From positions 20,001 to 268,000 of the forward strand of contig NW_008806277.1 of the NCBI RefSeq assembly GCF_000400465.1: a stretch of 248,000 bases of DNA, written 5' to 3'. Made by a program: the position numbers and the translations under genes. Below are positions 53,061 to 66,607 of the stretch, in pieces (position 1 is the stretch's first letter; each line of letters opens with the position of its first letter). The notes below the pieces were generated by a model. The model ran no database searches, was not told the DNA's origin, and worked only from the letters and a program-made list of their open reading frames with translations. The stretch is from Wallemia ichthyophaga EXF-994. Taxonomy: Eukaryota; Fungi; Basidiomycota.

Positions 53061-53562
53061 GGCTGTATGGTTGAAAGAAGATGGAGCCGGCGGAGGGCTA
53101 GCGTGTGGATAGATTCGATGAGGTCATTGGATTTTGGTGGGTGGGTTATTGAGCGGTGAGTGCGCGTAAAGTCTGTGCCTCTAATGCTGGCGCTTGATCT
53201 AGTGTGTTACTCACACCTGCGTGGTTACATCACTTTACAAATGGATAAATGAATTGCGGGGGTAGTTTTGCATATATCCACCGGTACACCACACAATTTA
53301 CAAATTTATGCAATTCCACTGCCACTGCTGTGCGATGTATAGTGCGTAGTATAGCATTCCCGGGACATTCCAATGAGCACGCAAGTGGGCTGCACTGTGG
53401 GCAATCTATTGGGCCATCCAACGACAAAATACCATCGTGATTATCCTACTGCTCGCTCACAAAACTCAAATTAATTCCGGCGAAACATCCTAAATCTGAA
53501 ATCCTCCGAATCATCGCACTTCTAAATTTCTAAAGCCATCACAACGCAGCAAATCGCAAATA

Positions 53563-54276
53563 ATGAACTGGGTCGGAATACTAAAGAAGATATTCAAGAT
53601 ATGCGTGAAGGAGATAGAGAAGCATCAGGAGCAGCAGAGTGAGCCAACTCCAGCACCCTCGCAGAAACCAACGGGAGAATACATACCGCCCAAGGAATCG
53701 CTCGGAGAGAAGCGGATTAACGGTCAAGCAGCAGAGCAGTACTGGATGTCTCAGCCCGAGTACACGGAACTCCGCGACCGCGCCAACGCAGAAGGCGACA
53801 AGATGGGCAGGTGTTTCGACGCAGCCAGCAGTGCATACACCAGTGGTGACGGCGGTAGAGCTAAAGAGCTTAGCAACGAGGGCAAGGAGCATAAGAAGGA
53901 GCGCAGTCGCATTAACAAACAAGCCGCAGATTGGATCTTCGAGAAAAACAACCTCGATAACCGCCGCGATGAGGTCGATCTGCATGGCTTGTATGTTAAA
54001 GAGGCCATGGGGAAGGTGGAGGAAGCCATCGCCAATGCTCGCGTTTCTAATATCAACCCGCTCAAAGTCGTCGTCGGGCGCGGCACCCACTCTAAAAATC
54101 ATGTCTCAAAGATGAAGCCGGCGATTGAAGGTATGATGCGCAAAGAGAATCTGAGATGCAGAGTAGATCCAACCAACGCTGGCCAGCTGCTCGTATATCT
54201 CGATGGTCAGGGTGATGGAACGGATAATGCTGAGGACGTTGCCAAGGACACGGAGGATGCTTGTGTTATTATGTGA
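53563..54276 (+). CDS. Smr-domain (DUF1771) protein
   Basis: VDLHGLYVKEA, VVVGRGTHS. Confidence 0.85.
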   Translation: MNWVGILKKIFKICVKEIEKHQEQQSEPTPAPSQKPTGEYIPPKESLGEKRINGQAAEQYWMSQPEYTELRDRANAEGDKMGRCFDAASSAYTSGDGGRAKELSNEGKEHKKERSRINKQAADWIFEKNNLDNRRDEVDLHGLYVKEAMGKVEEAIANARVSNINPLKVVVGRGTHSKNHVSKMKPAIEGMMRKENLRCRVDPTNAGQLLVYLDGQGDGTDNAEDVAKDTEDACVIM

Positions 54277-54300
54277 TGTACACACCTATGTAATGTTATT

Positions 54301-55173
54301 CTACCTGCTATAGAAATTAATAACACCATCACTCCCACTGCTAACCATTTCCTCGCGTGTGGGGTGGTGGTCGACGTAAAGCACCGCCTTCTCGTGTGAC
54401 TTGTGCTGTGATACTATTCTACTCTCCAGCATATCCCATACGAGTAGTCTGCCATCCTCGCTGGTGCTGATGACAGACGAGTCACCAAGCCCGAAAGTAG
54501 AAACCGCTTTGAACTTCTCAGCGGCGTGACCGGAGAACGTAGCGAGGAGTTCTCCCGTCGCCGTATCTAGCAACCGCACTTTATTATCCAGCGTAGAGAC
54601 GAGGATGGCGGAGTTATCCGATGTAGGTTTAACAGAAGTGACGGCGTGATCGAGGTAATCCTGACGGAGCTGTCCAGCTCTAAGATCGTAAGTGCGCACA
54701 AAGCCATCTACGCTAGCAGAGTAAACGATGGAGCCACTGACACACACATCCACCACGCTATCCGAAGCATCGTCAAGTATCTGCAGAGGGAGACGCTGTC
54801 TAGCACGCATATCCCATATGCGCACCGTAGAGTCAAACGAGCCAGACAGTAGCACTGAGGCATCGCCGTTGAATGCCACCGTGTTCACTTTGCTGTCGTG
54901 TCCAACGCACCTGCGTACTGTCGCGCCCGCTTGCACATCCCATACAAATACACTCTTGTCTCCCCCGCAGCTGGCGAAATGGGTGTTGTCGGGCGTTATG
55001 CTCAACCCAAGCACCTCGTAGCCGTGCCCGTTGTACGCCTTCACTTGGCTCGCCGTGTGCGGATTCCATAGTCGTATACTGCGATCTCGCCCTCCACTTA
55101 GGCAATACCGCCCCGCATTGTTGTTGAACTTTACTACATTCACGGGCCCGCTGTGGCCGAGAAGTTGCGTCAT
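54301..55173 (-). CDS. WD40 protein, WDR83/MORG1-like
   Basis: WD repeats; YCLSGGRDRSIRLWNP. Confidence 0.8.
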   Translation of the reverse strand: MTQLLGHSGPVNVVKFNNNAGRYCLSGGRDRSIRLWNPHTASQVKAYNGHGYEVLGLSITPDNTHFASCGGDKSVFVWDVQAGATVRRCVGHDSKVNTVAFNGDASVLLSGSFDSTVRIWDMRARQRLPLQILDDASDSVVDVCVSGSIVYSASVDGFVRTYDLRAGQLRQDYLDHAVTSVKPTSDNSAILVSTLDNKVRLLDTATGELLATFSGHAAEKFKAVSTFGLGDSSVISTSEDGRLLVWDMLESRIVSQHKSHEKAVLYVDHHPTREEMVSSGSDGVINFYSR

Positions 55174-55372
55174 GGTTGTTCGGTTTAGATTACAGTGTGT
55201 ATCGTATAAGTTATTAAATACAAATGATTAAAGTATAATTACCTGCTTATACTCCGCTATGTAGTGTAGGTATGAGTTTACTAGAAATTGAAATGAGCGT
55301 GGTGTTTGTGGGGTTGCTGCTTCTGTGCGTATGAGCAGCTATGAATACATAAATGAGCGCGTTTGTTTGTGT

Positions 55373-56485
55373 CTATCTAACTATCTCCTGCGCTGATCCC
55401 TTCCTCCTAATCAGTTTATTGAATATTCTGTTGTTGTAAAAATGTGAAGATTTTGTGATCTTACTCGCGACTGCTGGGTGTTTCAATTCGAGTGGTGTCT
55501 CTGGTGGACTAGCTAGGGCCATCAATGAAGGTATGTTCTGTGTCTGGAGTGGGTGATGTGGGTGATTAGAGTGAGTGTGGTAAGAGTGCTGTTGCTGCTG
55601 CGAGTGATATGTTTGCTGTTGATTCAGCGGACTAAGTGAGATATTCCCGCGTGGACGAAGCGTTGGCTGTGATCTTTGTTGACGAAGTTGGTGGTGTTTG
55701 CGTATTGCCGATGGGGATGGGTACGCGGGGATATTGTGTAAGTTGTGGTAGAACATAGGTGGTGGCTGTAGTGGCTGGTATTGCTGATATGGAAGCATCA
55801 TCTGTGCAGGCATCTGTGGCATTTGCGAGATGGGAGAGATGGGAGCCATTCCAGCCATTCCAGCCATGTTTACTGGAGGCGCCCTAATTAACGGACCAAA
55901 CTCCCTGACAATGTCTTGATGAGTTATATTCAATTCAAAATTCAAAAAGGACAGCAGCTGCCTCTCCATCAAGTTAACCTCTGCCACACTAAACAACCTA
56001 GCGTGTCTAGCCCAGTGCTTGTTCTTAGGGCTGCTGTCATTAAGAAATTTTGAAGCGACTATCAAAGCAGCCAAGAATACTCTATGTCTGGTGCAAGACA
56101 TGCCTTTAGCAACGGGTGGAAGCTTGAGCCTAAGTCTATCCAAGTAAACGAGGGTAGAAATGAGAGTTGGAACTTGGACATTTGATTGGTCAACCAGAGT
56201 TGCGATAAAGCATTCCAAACTGGGCAAGGTAGATGATTGAGCGAGTAAATCATCTGTCAAAGACAAATTGGGCAATTCAGCAGCATCTTTTGTTGGCGTA
56301 GCAGGTGGTGTGAGTACTGATTCATATCCATTCTTCCCCCCAGCCGATAACAAGCTATCCGTTGTCTTCTTTGCGAGGTAGGTGATCATTGAGGGCGTAA
56401 CGGGTGAGTAAACAAATTCCAATAACTCCTTTTCATGCTTAAAGAAGCTTAATTGACTAAACGGGCACTTCCTATCAATCTTCAT
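55373..56485 (-). CDS. Pho85-type cyclin (Pcl1/2-like)
   Basis: [31 protein letters not shown]. Confidence 0.85.
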   Translation of the reverse strand: MKIDRKCPFSQLSFFKHEKELLEFVYSPVTPSMITYLAKKTTDSLLSAGGKNGYESVLTPPATPTKDAAELPNLSLTDDLLAQSSTLPSLECFIATLVDQSNVQVPTLISTLVYLDRLRLKLPPVAKGMSCTRHRVFLAALIVASKFLNDSSPKNKHWARHARLFSVAEVNLMERQLLSFLNFELNITHQDIVREFGPLIRAPPVNMAGMAGMAPISPISQMPQMPAQMMLPYQQYQPLQPPPMFYHNLHNIPAYPSPSAIRKHHQLRQQRSQPTLRPRGNISLSPLNQQQTYHSQQQQHSYHTHSNHPHHPLQTQNIPSLMALASPPETPLELKHPAVASKITKSSHFYNNRIFNKLIRRKGSAQEIVR

Positions 56486-57212
56486 TGTTACGTTCCAACT
56501 TTTTCACTTATTCTCAATAAGGAAGGTCTTTCACTTTGAGCTTGTGGACGTTCTCAACTAAGAAATATTTCATCTTCTCATTTTATATTCCATTTGTACC
56601 TTATGATTGATTTGTTGACATGCTTTCAACCTGCTTCGCCGTCAACTTTATTAAGACCTAGGGTTGGCAAAAATTTTTATTTTCTTGTGTCTTTTGAGAT
56701 GAGGAGGGGGCATATCCGTAGGGAGCTTGAGCATCCCTTTCAAACCACCTTTCAAACGCGTAAAATTCTAACTTTTCGTCGAGATATGCACGTCATTGCG
56801 TAATAGTAAACAAGGGCGGGAAAGGCGAGAATACATGCAAGCAATACATCTAGTACAAGCACTGCACTCCCGCACAAAACCCACCCTCTATCCTCACAAA
56901 TCAGTCAAATACCTCAATTTACGTCACCAAATGTCTAATTCATATCTCATCGGGCTCAATTTCATAAAACAGCTGTCAGATCTATTTTGTCTTTTTGGGT
57001 GAAATATGAATATTTTCAGCCTTTTCCGCTCATTTGGCTACAAATTCTGACGTCTTGAACCGGCCAACGTATAGTCCGCAGGGAGGGGCAGCAGACAGCG
57101 CGTAGACTACAATATATTAGTATATCGCACACAAACACACAATATATCACATTGGACAGCGACAACACGCAGCACAGCTCATCACAGCACACACCCCAAT
57201 GCACCCAACCCC

Positions 57213-57905
57213 ATGCCCAATATCAGCGTAAGAGAACGAATAAGCGCTTTGGAGCAGCAGCACCGGCCGAGCACAAGCGAAGGCGTCGCCGATGCCCATC
57301 GAAGGATATCCAGCAATTCCACAAGCATGAATGTGAAGCAGCGCGCGAGTTATTTCCAGGGCGAGGAGAGTAGAAGTAGGAGTAGGAGTAGCGGCAGCGA
57401 CAGTGCTGGTGGTACTAGCAATGACACCACGAGCAGCAACACGGGCAACGCATCCACTCCACCCTCCACCAATCCACCTTCCTCTCCCCGCATCGACAGC
57501 AGCAGCGTGCAGGTGGAGAGTGGCAGTGTGGGCAGCGCCGATAACAGCATACATACACCTACTCCCGCCTCACCCGCTTTCACAGCCACCACTGACGTCC
57601 ATTATCAGGTCCCTGAGCTCGTCGAAACGGACTTGGAACACAACCAGGAAATAATCCAGCTGCTGAGAAACGACAAACAGCTGTCTTTTGCACATGAGAC
57701 TCAGACACATGCACACCCTCAGTCTCGTACGGACGTTCTTCAGGCTACACACGACCTAGCAAACCTCAGTACATCCTTCGACGGTGAAGTTGGTGAGCTG
57801 GACGGCGTTCTTGATGCGGATAGCAGTATTAGCAGTGCTAGCAATCGTGATAGTGAACTGGAAGCAGATACTGAGGCTGGCTGGGTGACAGTCATCACAA
57901 CATAA
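57213..57905 (+). CDS. Hypothetical low-complexity protein
   Basis: 230-aa ORF. Confidence 0.5.
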   Translation: MPNISVRERISALEQQHRPSTSEGVADAHRRISSNSTSMNVKQRASYFQGEESRSRSRSSGSDSAGGTSNDTTSSNTGNASTPPSTNPPSSPRIDSSSVQVESGSVGSADNSIHTPTPASPAFTATTDVHYQVPELVETDLEHNQEIIQLLRNDKQLSFAHETQTHAHPQSRTDVLQATHDLANLSTSFDGEVGELDGVLDADSSISSASNRDSELEADTEAGWVTVITT

Positions 57906-58078
57906 CCATGACTGAATATGTCTTATTATATGGATACCTAGTCAAAATAATACACGCAGTTTATCAGTAGAATCAGTAGACAGCAGGTAGCTTGAAGTAC
58001 CTATTATAATCCATTTTCCTATTTTGTTTCTAGTTTCATTTGAATTCTAATTTGAGTTCCCATTGGCCTTCACTCCAC

Positions 58079-59746
58079 CTAATCACTCACCATCTGTGGG
58101 TTGGATTCGCGGGTGATAGTGAGTATATGATCGCCAATAGCACGTGCATCGAATCCTGCCTCACAGTAAGTAAAGTAGTAAACCCACTTGCGTCTAAACA
58201 CCTCGATCGCCTCATCCGACAATCCTTTATGTTCGAGTGCGAGATGATGGCGAATTTGTGTATCGAACGACGCCTCGAAAGCCCTGCGCCAATCGCGAAG
58301 AGTGCGAGAGTAATGAGGGCCTATCTGCACAACATTATCGACCACCAGCTTTCCTTTGGTGCCCTCCAAGAGTGTATCAAAGAGGGCTGTGAGACTAGGC
58401 AGAACGCCACCCGGGAAAATATACTTGCGAATGAAATCGACATTCTTAACGTAAGCCCCGAAACGACCTTCGGGGATGGTAATAGCCTGGATGACGGCGA
58501 TGCCGTTGTCATTGAGTGCCCAATCAAGGCAATCGAAGTAACGGGCCAGGTACTCTATACCCACAGCTTCGATCATTTCAATCGATACGACACGGTCGAA
58601 ATTTGCGTGCCAACTCTGTGGCATGTTTCTATAATCGCAGAGATGCACCCTGATGCGATTACTCAGTCCAGCATCACTGATACGTTGCTCGGCGAGCTCT
58701 TTCTGCGCTGTGCTCAGAGTGAGTGTGTCGACTATTAGACTCGGGTAAAGCTTGCACGCCTCGATCGCAAACGATCCCCACCCACTGCCTATTTCTAGCA
58801 AACGCATGTTGGGGAGAATGCTAGTTTTGTGTATGATTGTGTGCAGCTTTCGCAGCTGCGCAGCGTGCAGATCATCACCCTCATTCACTGCATCCCCATT
58901 AGCCAGTGTGCGGCCGTTGTTGTTTAGTTTCAGTTTGTGTGTTTTCTGTTTTTTCTTCGAGTTGCTGGTTGTGCTGCCGTTATTGGTGGTGCTACCGTTG
59001 CTGCCATTGCTCCCAGTAAGCGCCAACGCCACCTCCGTATCTGCCTTGGGATCCTCGTAGATACCGCAGCTGTATGTCATATCGGGGGAGAGGAAGCTGG
59101 TGAACATGTCGTTTGAGATATCGTAGTGAGCTGAGATATTGCGACGCGTGTTCGTTATGCTGTTTGCGAAACGCGTGTTGAGAGCATACGCCAGCCAGCT
59201 ATACAGATAAGAAGGCAGAGTCGACATTTCAGCGAGGTGCTTGCGGTTAGCTATGAAAATCTATAAAAGGCGCGGTAAGCACACATCGACGCGCCTCGCA
59301 ACCCACGACACACCTTGAAGACGGAAGTGAGATCATCGACGTCTATATCGCCGAACATGTACGCCTCGCTGAAACCAACATCGTTCATTAGGAGTAGACG
59401 CACCCAGAAAGCGTGATTCTTTACTGTGATGGTGGCTTGTGGCTGTTTGCCCGGTTCCCCCTTTCCAAATACCACAGCACCCTCATCACCGAGTACAACC
59501 AGCCTCCCAATCTCGATTCGCTGAAAGTACGACACAATCAACTGACGTGAAATCGCTGTCACTGGCCCAAACCCATAACCCAGAAATCCCTCTTTTACGC
59601 TGCCAAGTACCTTTTCTGCAGCTCGCAGCACACCACCGCTACCGACATTGCCACCGAAATCAATTTTTTCTCTCTCTACTCCCACTGTACTTTCCCTGAA
59701 TCCACCACGTCAGCTTATCCGCGGCGCTATCTTTCCATTCTCACAT
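58079..59746 (-). CDS. Cyclopropane-fatty-acyl-phospholipid synthase-like methyltransferase (introns)
   Basis: NISAHYDISN, LEIGSGWG, VSIEMIEAVG, YIFPGG. Confidence 0.88.
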
Positions 59747-59875
59747 AACGGTAGTGATCGCCGAGTTCCGAAAGGCAATGACCGCGCACGCATGACAAAA
59801 GCGGAGGTACATTTATATTTACATTTATAGTGTCATCATATTCATCGCAATCATCGTAATCTATATTATATACCT

Positions 59876-61308
59876 TTACAACAACGTCGAATGTGTTCTA
59901 TCGCGGCATGTCTTGAGAAACTTTATCAATGATGTCCCTCCTGTACCTTTGATATCCGTATCGCGCGATTCCGGGACATTTGCTGAATTTGAGTCTGATT
60001 CTTTCTCTGCCTTGCGCGACTGCGTCACAACATACAGCGTAGCTATCTTGATATGTTCACTACGCAACTTCTTCATCGATTCTATCGCACCATTGTACGC
60101 AGATTGCAGGTCAGCATTATGCGACGTACCCACGACATCCCGGCAGCTCGGTTCGACACATTTGAGGTGATTAAGGAACCGCCTGTGATAGTCAGGCATG
60201 TACGTCTGCATTCTGCGCATAAAAGTGTCGTCGAAATCAGCTTCGTCGTCTACAGGAGCATGATTTACCCCCAGGAAGGCATCTATAGCGTGAATTAGTG
60301 ATGATTGCCCTGCAGATGGTCCGCCGTAGTCTCTATACACCCCCAGCGGGTCGACGCCTTCGTAATGCCACTTGCCCTCGCCATTTGGTCCGTTGAACCA
60401 TCGCCTTATGCTCGTGTAGAACACTTCGGGACTGCATTCTGCACGCACTGCGACGAGTATCTCTGTAAGCACATTTATTTGAGCGGCTAGATCAGTCAAC
60501 TGCCTGCACATCCTGGGAAACGACACCTGCGGTGATACGTCTGCCATAAACGCTTCATCGAGACATTGAGACATCCTCTCCAAACATAATCTCCCCTCTA
60601 CTTCAATATGCGCCGAAGTTAAGTAGAAGTGTTCTTCATCGCGGGATTGAGTGAAAGTCAAGGGTGCTCGGAGATTTCCACGTCTAAGGCCCTTTGATTT
60701 GTCAATGTACTCCCAGTTCCACAGTACTGTGGAGGCGTAGGTGAGGATCGGAGGTAGACCGAGAGCCAGAGCGGTGGTATGCCAAGGAATCGCGATGGAG
60801 CGTGGTATGATCTGTGTCGATTGCGTAGTCTGCTTCTTGTGCGCTGGCTGCGAGTGAACGAAGAAATGAGCGAGGAACGACAGCACAGTGTATGCTCTTC
60901 GAACCGAGCGGATACCGTCGGAAAGGATAGTAGGGGGCTCGAGTACAGACATCTAATCGGCAACGACGTTAGAAATGCTTACGCAAAACTCACACCACTC
61001 ACGCCACAGATGGCATTACGCCATGTATTCGAAACCTCGTTGTTAGCACCGTCTAGAAGAAGAGGGAGATTTTGGGCAGAATCCAACGCTAACTCCCATA
61101 TATCATAGCACTCAGATAACCTCCTCAAAGGCTCTTCTGGTGGGAGAAACGCGGATCTGGGATCGACGTCGAAATCGGCAGCGGCAAGCGTGGAGCAGTC
61201 CAAGCTTCCGGAGTAGGTGAGCGAGCGCTGCGATAGGAAATGCTGATGAGGTAATTTTGTATTGGAATTCATTTTGGCGGAGAGCGCTTCTTGATCCGTG
61301 GCCATCAT
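59876..61308 (-). CDS. BNA2: Indoleamine 2,3-dioxygenase (1 intron)
   Basis: LGLPPILTYA, GPSAGQSS, KGTGGT. Confidence 0.88.
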
Positions 61309-61388
61309 CAGCGATCTTGACATCTTGAAAGAAGGAGATCAAGAGGGGAATTATATAAACAAACAAGTAAATTATAATACTAAAAAAA

Positions 61389-64300
61389 ATGTATTGGCGA
61401 TTAGGATTCGGGGTTAATAAAGAGATTGATCAGATACTCGATAACCATAACGTCGAGCTTGAAGAGATCCTACAAGAAGATTCCGTCGTACACGAATCTA
61501 AATCTCATAATTACAGACTGATAGAGTATTTGACACTGCCGCATAACCTCAGAAAGCTTCTAAGCTACTCTATTGGCAAGGCAACAGTTGATGACGACAG
61601 GAATAAGCTGAGGTGGGTCTTTTAATACTTTAAACTCTTCAATCATCTCAATTCACCTCATTCATTTAAGATTCCCGTACGTGGCCACCGAGATATTGTC
61701 CAGTGATATTCCTGCGATACACAATACTCTACTAGAGCCTTCAAATCGCAACGAGTACATACAGCCATTCTGGGATTTTATTATCAACAAGTCCACCCAA
61801 GAGTTGAATGATTTAAACCCCTTTGTCGGCTATTGGGGAAAAATATTGGCAAAATTGTTAGACACTAAGTCAGATCAAGTGGTTGAATTCCTCAAAGCTC
61901 AACCATCTCCTATAGATTCGTTCCTCAAACACATTGAAACTCCCGTTATCGGTGATTTACTATTTAGATTAATTGTCTCTGATCACCATAACTCATCTCT
62001 CATTGAGTTTTTCACTCAATCAGATTTCATACCAAAATTATCAAATATTCTCTCTTCAGAATACTCAAAAGATGCTCATTTAGCTGTTTCTGACTTGATG
62101 AAAACTGTCATCACATTCTCTGCACCTTCTCCGCCTGCAGCCAATGGTGATAATCAAATTTATATTTCAAACAACTTGGCAAGACAGCTTGCAAGTGATG
62201 ACCTGGTTAATAAGCTTATCAATTTTATCCTAGATGACGTTCCAGTTGGCAACAAAGTCGATAGCGGCGACATATCCACAAATCACCTTCCTGATTCTAT
62301 TAATGACTCGAGTAATGAACCCAATAATGAGAAACTTGCATCAGTTACTTCTTCACTCATCTCCATCTTATCCATTTATATAGAACTCATTAGAAAAAAC
62401 AATGCTGATTTCAGCGAACCGCATTTATTCCACACACTTAGAAACAAACTCATTACCATACAACAATCTCAGCATCAAGAGTCTATCAACAGCCTCAACG
62501 AAGATGATACTAGTAGCGTGAGTAACATGAGTAACCTCAACGACGAACAGTTGTCTAAAAAGGAAGAAGAAAAGGAACAGTCTGACAAAGACACATTAGA
62601 GGAAGCAATGAATCAAATGTCTCAATCTATCGGTATAGTACATTTAGGCTCGATATTGAAGGCTTTCACGAATAGATTGTCAGACTTTCAGAGCCTGCTC
62701 AATCATCCGCGCAGCTACAAAGGCATGATCATGTCTTCAACTGGCCCTATCAAGCCTCTAACATTTGAGAGGTTCAGGATATGTGAACTTTATGCTGAGT
62801 TGCTCCATTGTTCGAATATGGCCATCTTCAATAGACCAGCGTTTAACGGTCCACACTATGACGGCTACGGGAGGCTGATTGGTGGACTGGAAGCATTAAC
62901 ACAGCTATCGCGAGCACTGTCAGATAGCGAGGAAACGGACGAAAATGAGGAAATGGAAGAGATACCCGTAGACGCACCTCATTCAGACTCCACTCATTCG
63001 GACTCTACACATCCACACACACCCCATACAGCAGAACGCTCTGAGAATACTCAACAACTACCACAATCAACGTCTAGTTTGTCCATACCTCACGCTCACA
63101 CTGACGATAACCAATCGACGCAACTCACTACAGGGGAGAGTCTTAAGAAAGCGTTGATAAACAACGGAATTCTTAAAACGCTCACAGACCTCTTTTTCGA
63201 GTACGCTAGCAATCCATTTCTGCACAACGTAGTCTACGACGTGATACTGCAGGTGCTGAATGCACCGTTGGAGCGTGGACTAAATATGGAAGTCGCAGTG
63301 TCTCTTTTTAACGATGCTCGCCTAATAGAGAAACTGTTGATTGGGCATGGCAAGGTGAAGGAGAGCGTTGAGAGGAAGACACCGACACCCGGCTACTCAG
63401 GACATGTGATGCTCATAGCGGATGAATGTCAGAAAGTGTTTGAAAAACACGACACGCTCTATGAACGCATCAAGACGTCCTTCCCACAAGACGAATGGGA
63501 CGCGTTTGTGCAAGGACCACTAAGAACTGTACAGAATCTGGAGAAGGAGCCGTTAGGAGGTATACGTCCGGATACTAACCCATTTGGTCAGTATGGTAAG
63601 GTTGAAGGAGACCAGGACGACAGTGATAGTGATGATGATATCGGTTTCATGAGTGCTGGATTCGGAAGCAGCTATCGAAGCCTGAGTGGACAGTCGCATG
63701 CCAATATCAATTTCGACGAGGATGACGATGACGATGACTCTTTCTTCAGCTCGTTTAGCTTCAAAGGTGCGCATCCGCAGTCGCAGTCGCAGTCGCAGTC
63801 GCAATCGCTGGATGAGGATGATATGAATGAAGTGGCTGGTGGAGGTGCACAAGTGAGTTCTTTACTTTTTTTTTGCTAAACAAAGATTGCTAAGCTTGGT
63901 ATAGCTCAGCAACTTTATGAACACAGATGACGATGAGTTTGGTGATTTCACCCAGGGCGGTATGGATGACGTCGATCCGTTCGGTATGCCGCACTGCAGC
64001 AGCTCTGGTAATCCATTCGGCGACAATTTTGCGCCTGCAGCTACACAAAACCTTACACCAGCAGACTGGTCGCGGGACTTTAAGGAGAGTGTAGACAGCG
64101 AAGGAGAAGGAGCTGCAGACATAGTCAGCACTATCACTATCCCTGATTTCGACGACGACGAACACACGGAACACTCAGAACACATGGAGGAAATGGATCA
64201 CCCAGAGCACTCGCAACACACTCAGAACATCAATGATGCCATTAAAGGTCTTAAGATAGGCAAAGTAGTTGATGAGCGCGAGGCGTCGTCGCAAGCTGAC

Positions 64301-64450
64301 CTCGACACTGGGGCGCCTCTAGGACCTGGCTCTAACGCGGCGGCGGAAGTGACGGACGAGTGTGTCAAGCGCGAAGTGGACGGCGTCGTAGTTGAGGCGC
64401 CGAAAGACGACATGGTGCTGATAGCCGAGGACAGTGCAAAGACGGAATGA
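61389..64450 (+). CDS. SIT4/PP6-associated protein (SAPS family)
   Basis: PLTFERFRICELYAELLHCSN, NPFLHNVVYD. Confidence 0.88.
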
Positions 64451-64520
64451 GACGGGAGTATTGTAATATAAAATGTATACAAGATTCTGTGATAATCGGT
64501 AGTTGCCTTGACTAACAACC

Positions 64521-65360
64521 ATGACTTCAATATTTAAAGGCGCGACCCGGAGCAGCAACTCTGCGAATTCTATTAAGTCTATCAACTCGCTTCCACGCGC
64601 ACTTACCACCATCCCCACCAACACACCACGCCAGCGGCGCACAATCACCACATCTGCATTCATACTAGGCACGTCATGCGCACTAATCGGAGGATATGCG
64701 ATGGGTGCGCTGCGACCGCCGCACGCTCTCGCAATGCTCTACCCCGCACCTGCTCCTGGGCCGCCGTCGCCGCTGAGCGATGCTGGCCAATCGCACACGC
64801 TAGCGCTAGAAAAGGAGATACACCAACTGGCGCATGTTCAGGCCTTGAAGAGCGATAGTGATTGGTATGAGTCCCGTCCCTATGCAGCGATGGAGCAGAA
64901 CCGGGTAATAAACACACTCACAGCCGGCGCTCTCCGTTCACCGGGCCGGTTGGCTATAGCGCCGCTGGTACACGCACGTCACGATGACAGCGAGGCTGTG
65001 GTCACCCTCCATGTCGGCCGCGGGGTCTGCGGGCATGACGGTATCGTGCATGGCGGCCTAATCGCAACGCTGTTCGACGAAAGCCTCGCAAGAACTGCCC
65101 TTCTCTCGCTGCCGGGCAAGACTGGCGTAACTGCTACCCTCAATATCAGCTATAGAGTGCCCGTCAAGGCGGACCAGTTCGTCGTTATTAGGAGCACGCT
65201 CGAAAAGAGGGACGGCAGGAAGGCTTTTGTTAAGGCTGAGCTCTCGGATTTGTCAGGAAAGGCGCACGCTCAGGCTAATGCCCTCTTCATCGAGCCTAGG
65301 TGGTCCTTCTTGGCGGATAAAAAGAATATCAGGAAAGCGTTAGGCACAGAGAAGGCCTAG
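64521..65360 (+). CDS. PaaI/THEM4-like thioesterase
   Basis: CGHDGIVHGGLIATLFDE. Confidence 0.85.
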   Translation: MTSIFKGATRSSNSANSIKSINSLPRALTTIPTNTPRQRRTITTSAFILGTSCALIGGYAMGALRPPHALAMLYPAPAPGPPSPLSDAGQSHTLALEKEIHQLAHVQALKSDSDWYESRPYAAMEQNRVINTLTAGALRSPGRLAIAPLVHARHDDSEAVVTLHVGRGVCGHDGIVHGGLIATLFDESLARTALLSLPGKTGVTATLNISYRVPVKADQFVVIRSTLEKRDGRKAFVKAELSDLSGKAHAQANALFIEPRWSFLADKKNIRKALGTEKA

Positions 65361-65708
65361 ATTAGTGTAGTTTTGGATTAGATTACGTGTTGCTCTTTTT
65401 TTTTGTTCATGCTTGCATATGTTGATGCTGATACTGGGCTGTATGCCTTTGATGTATGTATGCGTGCCTTTGATGTTTGGCTAGCTGTAGCGCTTCTTGC
65501 AGATTCTTTGAGCCATCATCAACCATCTTCTTTTTCGATTCTTGCAAATGACGAAGGTCTCAGAATTCAATGATATATATTAACGCCAACACAATAGAGA
65601 AAAGGAGCTCTTTTGATAAGTAAAACAAATCAAAGCTAGCACTTGAGCTTCCAGAAGAGTGAAAATATTCACGTGTGTATAAACCTTAATTGAAACATAT
65701 CTTTCACA

Positions 65709-66530
65709 GCTGCAACGACGATTCAATGAATCTTCAATATCTACCACACGACATTATTGTTGAGATACTCAGCCACCTCAAAGAAGACGAGCATTATACG
65801 TTGCGATCGCTTTGCAGTGGTTTCCACAAGGCATTTCCATCGTCGGAAGAGCTGCTTCTCATAGAGCCAGCCTCCATGACCTGCTAGGACTCCCTCGACA
65901 ATACACGTCAAAATTTCCATAACAAAGTATCGAATGTAAAAGCGGAAAACTTCATTAGCTTGTTAAACAACGTCATTGAGAATCCATCTATCGAATATAA
66001 TAATGTATGTTACCTGAATTGATATAACAACCTTCACTGATAATTATACTAGATCTGCAACTATCAATTTCAACTTACACGAGAATGGTCCTTACAAGAA
66101 AATAGTGAAACTTTTGTCTCTACTTCCAAATTTGTGCAGACTCAAGATGATAACCGCAAAAATGTCGCTGAAAGCTCTGGATTTTCCACTTTGCTTCCAA
66201 AAATTGGAATTGATCTACATTTGGAATCCAGTCATGATGTCAAGTTGGGGGAATCTCCTTCCCAACTCTGAAATGGATTTGCTACGATGATAGGAAATTA
66301 AAAGTAGATAGTTTGAACATAACAGAGCTGGAACAGAGACTAGCAGTCACTTACAAGAATTCCTTACGGTTTCCTAATCGGTCTCTTAATCAAGAAGCTC
66401 GACCAATGCATGATGATTATAAAGCTAACTACTAGTTCCATATGTCCATTTTATCACACATGCTGATTATACCAAAGGACTTTTGCTGCATTCTGATCAT
66501 GGTGATAGTCCTATCAACTTGTAAAGCAAC
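65709..66530 (+). pseudogene. F-box-like gene with in-frame stop (probable pseudogene)
   Basis: MNLQYLPHDIIVEILSHL F-box start; TAG at 65885-65887 followed by a continued open frame, then further stops. Confidence 0.4.
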
Positions 66531-66607
66531 CGTTGCATATCTTTAGTAAATTAATTGTAATCCCAATAATCTTAAAACAAAAACTAAACATATGAAAAAT
66601 GAACTAG

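Noticed and set aside
63776-63806. TCGCAG-type hexamer repeats (also ~231290, ~116400)
   Set aside because: Encode ordinary QS low-complexity tracts; not CRISPR-like or mobile
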